Below are positions 51,714 to 64,000 of a stretch of DNA of 64,000 bases, one piece after another. Source of the DNA: Botryllus schlosseri (lineage: Eukaryota); contig CM119372.1 of NCBI GenBank assembly GCA_051294905.1, positions 39,248,001-39,312,000 on the forward strand, given 5' to 3'. Position numbers and translations under genes: made by a program. Under the pieces are notes generated by a model. It ran no database searches and was not told where the DNA came from. It was given only the letters and a program-made list of their open reading frames with translations. How positions within the stretch are numbered: position 1 is the stretch's first letter; each line of letters starts with the position of its first letter.

Positions 51714-54433
51714 ATCTATTTCCATGGGTGAAGCTGGTAAAGCTGTCATGCTGCATCTCAAGTACAGGGCAAAATTTTTCACGTGCAACAGAACACACTT
51801 CTCTCGGGTGATATATCTCTAAGAATGAGAATTTCCATGTATTATTCAGATATTTACAGTTAATAAAGGATAATTTTCCACTTCCTTCCCTCATAAAAAC
51901 TTTACTTGAAATTACTTAGCAATAAAATGCAGACAAAATACGAAGCAATACCTTAAATCCTGATATTTTATGGTTTGAAACTATCGAATTTAGAAGTTTA
52001 GACTTTAGGATATAGCTCCATAAGTATCGGCGTACGTCACTCATTTATACCTACTCGAATATATGTGAAAGAACTTGGTACCTGAAAATGCTGCTGGCCT
52101 GTTTTCCAACCGAAATACTTTGAAACTGTAATAGATGTCCCTATTTTTTCATGCATTTACAGTGTAATATTTTGTAGTATATATAAGGCATAGTTAAAAG
52201 TGTTGACATTGTTGCATACAAACAATATATGCTTTTCAAATATCTAGGAAATGGTCACGGTGTCTGGTCAATTTCTTGGTTTCGTGTTTCTAATTTCTGA
52301 TCAATTTTCCGTACAGGTGGTATGTAATAAAATTCAACACTATTGCACGATCATTACATATTCATAAGTCATTTGGTCGGTTTCTGTGTACGGAAAGGAC
52401 AATGTTTATCGTTCGGGCAGATCGGTTGCAGTGGGCCATGTAGGGACGCGTTTCCAACCCGATACCACACGATGTAGTCCTAAAATATTTGCTTTACGAG
52501 TGCATTTATACAACGCAATAGTCAATGGCAGATAAAACAGGACATGCGCGTCCATGGCCTCTAACGTATGTAAATGTGGCACAATTGAACTTAGGGTGTG
52601 CAATAAAATTTATTGATTGTTGACTAGCATAGACTTATCACTCGGTTATCGCTTATCACTACAGCCAAACTTCTGAAGTCAAGCAAACTTAGAATTACAA
52701 CATTCATGCAGTTATAACACTATTTCTAGTTGCGGAATAGAATCTATGACCAGAATCTGCTCAACAAATTACGAAACACTTGCTTGGTTAGTAGTTATCG
52801 CTGAACTACGGTGGCAAACCAGGCGAATGGATACGCGCGTAATATTTCAATGGTTTATTTATCTATTCGGAGGAAAGCTGAGGTCGTGAAATCTACCGCT
52901 GATTCCATTTGGTTTCGAATTGCGATTGAAAAATCAATAGCCATTATTGATAGGCTTTGTTTACACGGTATTCTAGGGTGATTCCAAGCCGTCGATGATA
53001 TGCTACGCGCGCGAAGCATTGACACATGCTTTTATTTGAACTAACATAGCTCGCATCATTCCTGTAACGATTCGTTTCACTTCGTAGAGAGCGCGTCATT
53101 GCTTGGGGTTTCGAAAATTCCTTTTCTTAGAGCCGTCTAAAACATGACATTAGGGTTTTGACAGGGCACCATGCGGCATACTGTTTTATAGCGCAAGCTA
53201 TAGATAGAAGGGTACAATCATCGTCAAGTAGTTGGAACTTTGGCTGATGAGTAATTTCAGTATGAGAAAAATGTATCCCAGGGTCAGTAATTTCGCTGTA
53301 GTATTTCTTTCCGTTATTATTTCTTTCAAAATACTATACTTTGTTATCGCTCCCATGACGCAAATTCATAAACTTCGATATAGTAATGGCGACTCGATAG
53401 TTTGACTGTGATGTATATTACATTATAGAAAAGGTTGAATTCGGGACCTACATAGGTGGATGTAGAAATTGGTTGGTCGAGTTCGGTCGCATGGTGCTCT
53501 ATACTGTATATAATAGGGTCTCTATATGTCCTCTTTTAGGAGTATTTGTCCTCCTTTTTCAGGGAATCGAAAATGTCCTCCGTGGACGCCTAAATGTCCT
53601 CGTTTTTGAAAATTCGACCTCCTTTATAGGTTTTACAGCCAGGGTAATCGACAGGCTGAACTAAAAACGCCATAAATGACGCGTTTCCTTTAATGCGGAC
53701 CCCCGAGCGGGTTATTCGGGTGCGGGACTTGTAACACGATATCATTTTTTTGTCAACACCACAGCAGCATCGTTAAAAAGCGGCTACTTCGGGAGTCGAA
53801 ACAGAATGATGACCTTTTCGTAGTGAATAGAAGAAGTTTTACAGTACAAATTTTAGCATTCAGCAGTTTTCTAATCCCGTAATCTGACTTTTATGATTTC
53901 CAAAAACTGCCTTCCTTCCCGGATTCCAAAGGTGAGATGGCCCGTGATGTAATTCTCAAAATTAGTTATAATATCAAAAAAATGCATGACCCAGGTAATT
54001 TATTATGAACTTGCATGACCAACCGAAAATTTAATGAGCCTGACCCCGAACTTTCGGATGTTCATGACGAAAATAACAGTTCCGACGCACTAACGTAGCC
54101 GGGAGCCATCCGCATTTTTGGTAAATCTTCGTATATGGCACAAAGTAGAATATATCGTGACAGATTTTTTTTAACTTCATATCGTTCATAGCCGATCGCG
54201 CGATTCATTGTAACTCGACTTCTTGGTTTTAGTATTGGTGCACCCTCCTGAAAATTAGGAATTAAAAAAACGCCCGAAATACGGAATTGCGTCTATCAAT
54301 ATTCGCAATTACCAGAGAACGTGTCGTCCAACATTCGACTTTGCGTCTACGCTCGCAGAAAGATTGTCGGCGATGAAAACTTTGCACAAAATGATAGATT
54401 CATGTTCACTGAAATCTTTGATGTTGATATGTC

Positions 54434-54867
54434 TAGGCTTTCATTTAAAACAAAAGTAAATTTAATACAAACATGTATAAAACAAGGCTCTTGTTTAAAA
54501 CATGTTTTTAGTGTTTTTTTAAATTCATGACGTCACAAATGATCAATGGTGACGCCATAGTGGATTGACATTGACAATTGAAAAAATAGGGTAAATATCG
54601 CTCGTTTGACGAAATATTTGTACTATTGCTGTTATACCGACTATTTTGCGGGCGCCAACCATCCCATATCGACATACGTCGGCACTATCGGATTGAAATT
54701 GTCCGTAAGCTCATACAACATGTTGCTTGAAAAGTATTTACACAATAAGGGCGTAAATTTACAGCATGAAAAAACACAATTTTTTTAAGGCCTTTGTTTA
54801 ATACACTGTTAAAAACATGTTTTAAACTAAGTGTTTTAAAACACCGTTTGTTTTAAATGCAGCCCTA
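54434..54867 (+). mobile_element. TTTAAAAC-family MITE
   Basis: TAGGCTTTCATTTAAAAC...GTTTTAAATGCAGCCCTA; TSD GATATGTC. Confidence 0.88.
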
Positions 54868-55566
54868 GATATGTCCAAACACCGATTAACCATGTCCTGG
54901 CTGAATGAGCCCAGCAGTATACAGAGGAGACCTACAACATATGCAACTAACATTATTATTGACCGAATTCATTAATTACCTTTAAAAAAATCGCGCCTCT
55001 CGCGGCTAGTACAAGTCCACAGAGCCCGCTCTTATCGGACGACTAAAAACAGACATCAACATCAAAGTGGCCCGCGCAATGTTTCGTAAATCTCATGTGT
55101 ACCTTTGGCCGAAAAGGCTGGTCACCCCTGGTATAGGGCGTGTAGGTCATAAATTTTTGGTACCAAATCATGCACATCATCTTTATGCGTCTTCTAGGAA
55201 CGGTTCATGAAAACAGAACCCTCTTCACACCTCGGATACATATATGTCCATATATGAATCAGTGTATATTTATTGTAGCCTATTCACCCATTGAAATAAC
55301 CATGAGGAGCAAAATTCTGTACCTAGAAGTAGGCCAACTGTTTAATTTAAATGATTTGCACCCAATGCTAAAAGGTAGAAAAAGCGGTGAATTATTTGGT
55401 TTTCGTTTACTATGCAGAACTGCTGGCGTACCCTATATTTGTGTTGGGGCCTTGAAGTTATCACACTGGTCCACGAATCGTTTAATTTATTTATTGTCAT
55501 TTCAGCCAGCATATTCATATTAATAGTCCGTGATTCGAATTTGGAACCAGGCTCCTGACAAGTGAA

Positions 55567-56802
55567 ATGTCTGGGAGTGGAGTCACAGATTTGGAATATG
55601 ATACCACCACCCCTAATTCTTCACCACCAGATTCTGATAATTGGTTTTACGTGGGGATTGGTATTCTTTCTGGGTCAATGGTAACTCTGCTCGTGTTGCT
55701 CGCAATTTACTGCTTTTGCTTCAGCAAGCGATATGATGCAATCGGCGAGACTGCTGAGATGACATGCCAGAAAAATCGCAAGGTAAATGACGATGCGGAG
55801 CGGGTATCTTCTGTGTCACCGATTGTAACCGATGCCAATCCAAAAGCCAAGAATGAGTATGGTTACGCTCCTAAACAGAAACATCGGGCTGGTACGGTGC
55901 TGGCAGTAATCGACGAAACTTGCGAGACTACAGATTCCGATCAGTTTAATGAAAGGTCGATAGACTCTGTTGTGACTGTAAAGCAATCCCATTATAAAAG
56001 TAGTCCCAAAGCTGGGGTACAAGTCACCGATGAGTTACGCACAAATTTTGACGCAGCATCAATAGTGCAAAACGCGAATGAGTCAACTATCGTCGATGAA
56101 ACAACAGAAACAGAGACGGGAGAAACCACACCAATAACCGAAAAAATCGAACCGGAATCGACATCAGAAAGAGTGATTAAGCAAGTAATAAAGGAACTCT
56201 ACCCGACCGTTGATGCGCTGAAAAATGAGGATGATTCACCAGTGGTCACAAACCCAGCGTTCGACTTACAAGCAACTGCTAACGACAGTGTCAGTATCAG
56301 CAGCTTTCAGGCGCCCGTAAACGATATCGCAACAGATGTGAATGACACGGACGCGTGCGAGACGCGTGAATTTAGCGATATTGACTTTGTCACCGCTGAT
56401 GAATCATCGGAAATAGACTTAGTTGATACTGATGATCTCGAAAGCGGTCAAAAGGCGTCAGTGTTCCGTTCTCTTTCTGAGGTTGTTGAAACAGGAGAGG
56501 ATACAGACGAAGACGAGAGAGTCTCGCGCGCAGAATATAGTTTGCTACAGAATGACGATGATAAAGTGGATACAGCCGCCAATGAATCGCTTGATATCGC
56601 TTCCATAGATTCGGCAGACAATAACGAACGAAGCGAAACAGGTGCAATCAAATCCGTGGATACGGAGAGGAAATTAGCAGGAAGCGAGTTTGAAAGCAAC
56701 AGAAAAGAGTCCACCCGATCAATCGGGTCGGTGATCGACTTGACGCAGGACTCGGGTTACCTAAATGTGCTACCACCCCCTCCCGAAAGCATATATGAAT
56801 AA
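55567..56802 (+). CDS. Single-pass membrane protein with a long acidic, probably disordered tail and tyrosine motifs (transmembrane-adaptor-like)
   Basis: 411-aa ORF in stop-rich DNA; TM at aa ~27-52 ending CFCF, then SKR; D/E/S/T-rich tail; candidate splice acceptor TTTCAG ending at 55505 and in-frame upstream TGA at 55531; AATAAA overlaps the stop. Confidence 0.8.
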   Translation: MSGSGVTDLEYDTTTPNSSPPDSDNWFYVGIGILSGSMVTLLVLLAIYCFCFSKRYDAIGETAEMTCQKNRKVNDDAERVSSVSPIVTDANPKAKNEYGYAPKQKHRAGTVLAVIDETCETTDSDQFNERSIDSVVTVKQSHYKSSPKAGVQVTDELRTNFDAASIVQNANESTIVDETTETETGETTPITEKIEPESTSERVIKQVIKELYPTVDALKNEDDSPVVTNPAFDLQATANDSVSISSFQAPVNDIATDVNDTDACETREFSDIDFVTADESSEIDLVDTDDLESGQKASVFRSLSEVVETGEDTDEDERVSRAEYSLLQNDDDKVDTAANESLDIASIDSADNNERSETGAIKSVDTERKLAGSEFESNRKESTRSIGSVIDLTQDSGYLNVLPPPPESIYE

Positions 56803-57352
56803 ATGTATATGTCAACCGAGTCGAGCTATTCAATTTTAATAGAAACGTTACCACATATCCATCTAAATGAGTGCTCTTTAACGTTTTTTGAACTTTAAAA
56901 CTTGATTTCAACAAAATTTTGCCCGCATGTATGTAAATTAAGTGCTATAGCATATAATGTTAGAATTGGACTACTTATCTTCATCTCTGGATGGAACTGT
57001 CTGTCCTTACGAAATACTTCACCTAAAAACTGACGAAGTTTTACTTGAAAAACTTTATCTTAACGAAATCTAGGCCTTTGAAGAATTCCAGTAGTTACAT
57101 CACGCATTATGTTACAAATAATTAAAATGTGTTGTATTACAAGGTTAGATAGGCCTACTTTCCAACATTTTCTGGTAGAAAGTGTCTGTTTTTACCAGGT
57201 GGATTGCCAAGAATGGAGAAAGAATATTCAACAGCAGCAGTTCTTGGCTGGCAACACTGAAACGCACCATGTTGCTTCATTCGGAGTATGTTGTCAACAT
57301 CACAATTTTTCACATAAGAACCAATGTCCACGCAGTCTTGCTTCAGTTAGGA

Positions 57353-59884
57353 CAGTGGTTCCCAACCTGTGGTACGCGTACCACTAGAGGTACGCGAAGA
57401 TCTTCCAGGTGGTACGCGAGTAGATTATGTTTATTTGTTTTTTCGACCGAAGGTAGTTATTAGCTCAGGTGGGATTGAGTTGGAATTTTCTGAAGTTTTT
57501 TGACTAGTGGTGAAAAACAATTCCATGCATCCTATCAACCGTGACTGATAATGCCTAGTTTAATAGAATTTGTTATTACTAGCGCGATTTTTTTTACATG
57601 TCAAAATAAGTTGAAATTTTGCCAAAATTGTTTCCTGAGTCAAAATTTTTTTTACCCCGACATATCGTTTGTATCGTATATTTAGCACTATCAGTGAACT
57701 TATCATTTGAAATTTTACAGCTTGTGACCTACTTTATAGGCCTACCGTTCTAGACGGCCGATTGTCAAAACATCGTGAATCATAAACGGTCAAACGTAAC
57801 AAATAGTTTGACAATTGACATGGGGCTATGGCTAACGTGCCGCAATATCCTAACTGAAGCAAGACTGCTTGGGCATTGCATGGTTCCTATATCAAGAAGC
57901 GCATGATGATAAATTGTGATGAAGACCAAAAAAATATTTGGCGGACCGGTGAATCATCAAAAATATTAATCAACCAAAAATTTCAAGAATTAAACCGTTT
58001 TCTGTCTGTATGATACAAGAGGGTGACGTTTTGTGAGTTTTGTTCGTAATTAAATATGTTCATGATAGTTTTCATGTGATTTTGCGGTAGTTAGTCTGGT
58101 AAGTCGAGGTCGAACTGTTTGGCCCAGATAAACGTGCTAGCGCCGAGAGTCGATTACAGTATTTTGCACCGAAGTCCGTGAATTACCACCTGAGGCATTA
58201 CGCCAATTCCAATAATATTATTCTCTTCGACAATATACAGAGAAAAAGCGTTTTGGAGTCGGAACAAGCACCTTGTCGTGCTACCTTGGGTATTTTCCAC
58301 AACCACCACTACTACTGCTATACGTTGCACGAAAACACCTGGCAACTGCGCTACGGGGTCACCAACAAAATGAATGAATCGGAAACGAATGATCGCGCAA
58401 ACTGTTAAACGAGTCAGCTTGTACTTGTCGCTCGCATGTCGTCCCCAGAGGCGGCTTGAACTTCAAGTTAATTCATGGGTGGGAAATTATTTTTCTAGGC
58501 GTGTGAAAAGAGAAGCACAAAATAGGTTTGTGGGCCGTGCCAAAAGTTCAAACTATATTCCGTGACGTATTTTTTATTTCTAAACAGAAAACAGTGAATT
58601 ACATTGTTAACACAAGTTGCTAGCTAAGTGGATGTGTTAAATTTAGACTATGAGAAAGGTAGGGTTAATTTACCAAATATTGTATTGATTCATTCAGTGA
58701 CAATATTCAAAACAGTGCGAAACATGAAACACCTAAATCACATTTCCCGATATCCTTTTTCTATGGAGACGTCAAAATCTATTTGGGGTATTACAAATCT
58801 GGTCTTGGTTCCGAGCTGTGCTGTGGCATTTAGCTTCGTTGTTTGAGAGTTTCGCTGGCTAATGCTCTGGAATCCGCGCTCAGTCGGCCTCAGCCAGCCG
58901 ACAAGTGTTTGTATTTAACTGCGTTTTTATCATAATGCTGAATCAAAATATATCTACAAACACGGCGATCTGCTCACCACAAAAAAATTACGGGTTTTCC
59001 TCTCACTCAAGTAAACAAATATTTAGTGATCCAAATCTTCTTTAAATGTCTGCCCTCAGCATCTACCTTTATTTTTGATCTTGTTATACGGAATATGGAT
59101 TGAAAATGCATGGCATGACAATTTAAACCACAGACCGGGTAATTTGTAATGTAACAATGGCAAAAACGTTTTCAACTATCAGGAAACCAATACTTTTCAC
59201 TTTAATTGTTACGATATACTTTGCTATGATTGCGGTATTTTGAATCCAGATTATACGAATTATACGTAGGCTGCGTAATTACTGTAGTGTACACAGATGA
59301 ACAAGCAGGCTTAAAAGTAAACGCATTTCCGGTTCATTCCATGCAACCCTTGGTTTTAATTCACAAATTAATATTCAAAAGTAGGTTTTATGTTCTAAAT
59401 TCAAGGCTACGTTTCGTGGGCCCGTCAAAATCGCGTTGCAGGCCGTACTATGCTCGCAGGTCTGAATTTGATCGGACATGCGTCCAGGCCTAATGGTAGG
59501 CTACCTCACGAAGTTTTGAATATGTTTAAATTTGATGTCTCATTTATTTCATCAATTCGCAAGCCTTCAACATTTTGCATCTTGGAATTAGAGTATCAAA
59601 TGATAAAATATCTGGCGGACCGGCAGAAAAGTCAAAATTCAGTTTTTTTAGGTCAAAAAATGTTAAAATTTTGATGTTTTCGGCCAAAATCCTCCATTTT
59701 GTATTTAAAAAAATATTCCCCTATATGTTTACACCCCACATAGGTCAAATACGTGAATATGACGTCATAAATGATGGAATCCGTTTATAACCGCCTACGG
59801 CGCGCTTAACTTATGTAGGTGGTACACGAGCACTGCACAAAACCTCGAAGTGGTACGTGGGTGAAAAAAGGTTGGGAACCACTG
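57353..59884 (+). mobile_element. Charlie/Buster-like non-autonomous hAT with GGTACG motifs
   Basis: TIR CAGTGGTTCCCAACCT...AGGTTGGGAACCACTG; TSD AGTTAGGA. Confidence 0.9.
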
Positions 59885-60279
59885 AGTTAGGATAATGCGG
59901 TACTTTGAGCATAACACCATGTCAACCTATTTGTTTCATTTGAATGTTTATTATTCACAATGAGCAGACAATGAACCGTCTACAACGGAAGGCCTATAAA
60001 GTACGCTACAAGCTATAATATGTCAAATGATAAGTTCACCGACGATGAAAAATCCACGATACATACGAAATGCACGTTGCAAAAAAGTTTTACCTTTGCA
60101 AACAATTTTGACATTTTTTGACCTAACGCTGCAATTTTGACTTTTTTGACATGTCAAAAAGAATTCGCTCTAGTCATCAGTTTCTAAATGCTACATTTTT
60201 CTATTCAATATTCCGAATATGCCAAACACCTTATCTTTCCGCGATTGGACGCGCAATTATCTGCTCCCTATTTCTAAGT

Positions 60280-61089
60280 AAGTAGTTGTCAACCGGGATC
60301 CGCGAAGTAATTTCAGGGGGTCCGCGAAACCTCTAAATTTGCAGAATGTGTGAAAATCGACTTCCTATTTTTTTAAGTATACAAATCCCGGAGCAGTTTC
60401 GCTTCATAACTGCTAAAACTAAAGGACTTATGCAAACATAATGGCCGTTTGAGATGAGATATTCTACTGTCCAAACTCATTTCAATCGCCAAATTGCCAA
60501 TAGCCTACTGATACAAACATATTGCAGTTTAAATATGTTTTGTTTGGGTTTCGGAATAAATTCGCTTGTAAAAAAAATCATTTTTACCGCGTTATACAAC
60601 ACTGCTTTTCCAAAATAACTTCAAGATGAGCTGCTTTATAGAAATGACAAGGCTGGACGCTATATTATTAAAAGGATGATGATATTGGTGCCATGTATGT
60701 TGCGATCAGACCTTAACATGTCGTTGGAAGCGTTACGCGTTATTATCAAACTCGCCACCACCGCATTTATTTGTGGAAATTAATGGATTTTCAGCTCTCG
60801 TACATGTCAAATCAATGGCGCAGATTTTCGAGGCACGGCAGTGTACTACAAGAAATGAAGTCACATAATTCGCTTTGAAGTACTAAATGTCTTCCTAATT
60901 TCGATATAAATAGTATGATGTTAATTTCAAGAAAGGTCATTTTGTTGCTGTTTATCACTAGCCTTCAGTTAATATTTGCACAAGACGGGTGGCGATTGCA
61001 CGGTAATAGAGCTAAATTTGAACTAGGACTTGGGGGATTCGGGACACTCCTAAGGGGGTCCGCGAGAACGAAAAGGTTGAGAGCGACTG
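60280..61089. mobile_element. Decayed Charlie-like element with GGGGTCCGCG motifs
   Basis: AGTAGTTGTCAACC...GGTTGAGAGCGACTG; imperfect TSD TTCTAAGT/CTCTAAAT. Confidence 0.6.
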
Positions 61090-61342
61090 CTCTAAATTAT
61101 TATTTTTGCCTCCGTAAGTGCCGTAAGCCATGTTCTCATGCTCACAATTATTCGTGATCAGAGTTTTCCTGACAGACATTTTGATTGTAACGCGAAATTG
61201 GACAGTGTGATTTTGCGTATGCCTTAAAATTGGAATTCATTTCTTCATTTTTCCAAAGGCTTTACGAACATTGATTTGAAAACGCAATTTATCTCCAATA
61301 TAATCAGCGAAGAATTGCAGCGACGCAAGCTATTCTCGAAAC

Positions 61343-61700
61343 AAATGTTTCCTCTAATTTTGCACAAGTCTGCGCGAACTCACCAACTCACTGCGCGGTC
61401 CCTTGGACAACAGTGCGTAACGACTAAAAAAAGGGTCATCACTTCGAGTTTCACGTTTTTCTCTGCGCGGCGACTCTGTCAGCTGTGCGCGGCCGCCAAC
61501 GCGCGCACCTTAGAGCAGGGGTTCTTGACCTTGCCTCCAGCGCCTCCAGCGATTTTGAAGGGGGCGGGAACGCTCAGGGTGCGATAGGGGGCGGAAACGC
61601 TCAGGGGGCGATATGGGAAACGCTGGGCTCAGGGGGGCGATAAGGGGGCGCTGAAGAGAAATGCCGTAGATGATGTGGTAGTAGGACATATTCTTAATGA
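61343..61700 (-). mobile_element. Adjacent fragments of the CAATGTTCCCTCT MITE and the 13480-family right end
   Basis: Inverted similarity to 14604-14789 and to 15175-15350. Confidence 0.75.
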
Positions 61701-62469
61701 GTAGGCCTTTTCCGAACAAATTAACATTCCACAAAACATGTAGAACCCCGAAATTTTTGGTCACGCAATGCGACGATGTTTGCTACATGTGTTTACATAA
61801 ATGTAGTGGGTCATATACAACGAATTGCGCGTACTTTTAGATCACCAATTTCCCGTTATTTAAAACACTGCCGTCACACTTGCTGGGGTTATTTTCAACA
61901 AAATGTTTCGAATTCGGTAATATATAACCCGTAGCGCACAGCGTGTGAAAATCGAAGAAGGAGGCACTGTATATCACTTTTGATTGAGAGTGATGGCCCC
62001 ATGTACATAAAATAAGTTTTGACGCTTTGTGCACGAAATGAATAACTAAATATACTAGTATTTGAGAACTACAAAATTAAATCGTCAGAATATTTCTTCA
62101 TCGTATCATAAAGGATGATACCACCTCGTGTTGTGGTTCACAGCCTCGCATGAACGTTATATAATATGAGTTGCTTTGTTTGGAATACATTCATGTTAAA
62201 ATTAATAACTGGGTACAATACTAAATTCAATGTGAGCAGATATATGCATCCAATTCTCACTTGACTTACTTATAGTTACACAAAGCACTAAGACAAAATC
62301 AAATACCATTCATTTCCCCGTATTGCCAATCGCCGATGTGAATTCAGGAGTGCTCGAACCACAGGGTGTTTGGCCATACCCGATTGTTGATATAACAACC
62401 TTGATTTGACCCTGAATATACACTTCACAATTATTATATGGTTTATTATAGTCGAATGATCCTCTAGCG

Positions 62470-63983
62470 CATTGGTTCCCAACCTGTGGTACGCGTACCA
62501 CTAGTGGTACGCGAAGGTCTTCCAGGTGGTACGCGAGTAGATTCTGTTTTTTTTTTCAACCGGAGGGAGTTATTAGATCGGGCGGCGTTGATTTTGTTTT
62601 TTTTTGTAGCATCGCCTCCTCGTATTCGACGCTAGCTTCTCACGGTATTCCCCAGCTGGTAATTTTCCCTTCTACGTGGGAGTGCGAGGAAGGATTTTCA
62701 TCCCTGATGACTAAGTCGAAGAAACGAAACCGACTTGTTGCGCCCATGTATGACTATTGATACGCTGTGAGTAAACGTATGCCACGCATCGCCCAACTAG
62801 TGCAGGGGCGGCCAACCCGTGGCCAGCGGGTCAAATGTGGCTCGCGAGAGGATTCTCGGAATTAGTTATAATATGAAATAACAAATTACTCTGGTAATTT
62901 ACTGTGAACTTCCAAGACCAACCAGAAACTTGATTAGTCTGACCCAAGAATCTGGGAGGTTGATGACTTAAATACCAGTTCCGTCCGACGCATTGGCGTA
63001 GGCAGGAGCCAGCAACATTTTTCGTAGATCTCCCAATATGACCATAAAGTAGAATATTTCGTTGTAGATTTATTTGGCTTGACATTTTTCTTAGCACTTC
63101 GCGCGATTTATTGTCACTCAATTTTTAGCTTTTTGTAGTCCTTCCTGAATATAAAATTACGCCCAATCTACTTAATCGACTATATTGGCAATTATGAGAG
63201 AATGTGCTGTCCAACATCCGACTTCGCGTCTGCACTAGCAGAGATGATGATGGAGATGAAGATGATCGGCGATGAAACTTTGGCACAAAATGACAGACGC
63301 ATGTCCACCGAAATCATCGATATTAATAGGTCCGAATAATCCTGTGATCGCCAAGTGATTACAGTGGTATACAGAGGTGGCCCGCAATATATGAAAGTGA
63401 CATTAGTATTGGCCGAACCCATTCACCAACTTTAAAAAATTTTCGCGCTTGGCGCGGTTAAGTCACCAGAGCACTATGCACACTGACATTTCATGGCATA
63501 ATTGTTATCGATTTTGATGCGTAGTAATAGAAATTTTGTTTTCATCATTACCTAAGCCGGTTCGCTCCTATCGGGTGGCTAAAAATAGGTCATCGACATT
63601 TAAGTTGTCTGAAAAGGGTTACAGACGTCATGTGGCCCTTTGTTCGAAAAGATTGGCCGCCCCTGAGCTAGTGGAAAATAAACAAATGCAGCCATCGCAT
63701 TAAATAAATTGACTTTTGGTGTTTGCTGTTAATTCATTGTGTTGTTCTTCTTGTGACTGGTGGTGAAAAGACAATTCCATGCATCCCATCAGCCGTGACT
63801 GGTAATGCGTATAGTTTAATAGAATTTGTTATTACACCTCGCATAGGTCAAATACGTACTTATGACGTCATAAATGGTGGAAACATTTTTGACTGCCTTC
63901 GGCGCGCGAAACTTGTAGGTGGTACGCCAGCACTGCATGTACCTCGAAATGGTACGTGGGTGGGAAAAGGTTGGGAACCACTG
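62470..63983 (+). mobile_element. Charlie/Buster-like element of the same family as 57353-59884
   Basis: Same termini; TSD CTCTAGCG. Confidence 0.9.
62803..63665. mobile_element. Charlie/Buster-like MITE nested in 62470-63983
   Basis: TIR CAGGGGCGGCCAA...TTGGCCGCCCCTG; TSD AACTAGTG/AGCTAGTG. Confidence 0.88.
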
Positions 63984-64000
63984 CTCTAGCGTGATTAAAG

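Overview
AT-rich animal (eukaryotic) genomic DNA. An invertebrate, possibly ascidian-like, origin is an inference only. Non-autonomous DNA transposons dominate the window: many hAT-type elements with 8-bp target-site duplications (TSDs), often nested 2-3 deep, two Chapaev3-like elements, one CACTG/EnSpm-like element, tRNA-derived SINEs and an RTE-type LINE 3' end. Only two convincing intact CDSs are present. One is a class-A GPCR whose coding region has no intron (26355-27383). The other is a 411-aa single-pass membrane protein with an acidic, tyrosine-motif-bearing tail resembling a transmembrane adaptor (55567-56802). Two further paralogues of the GPCR are pseudogenes: 50079-51125, and one broken into three pieces across 1292-8917 by nested transposons. 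Between the GPCRs lie several decayed copies of an unidentified coding family with weak discoidin/F5-8C-like motifs. All alignments were made by eye and no database searches were run.
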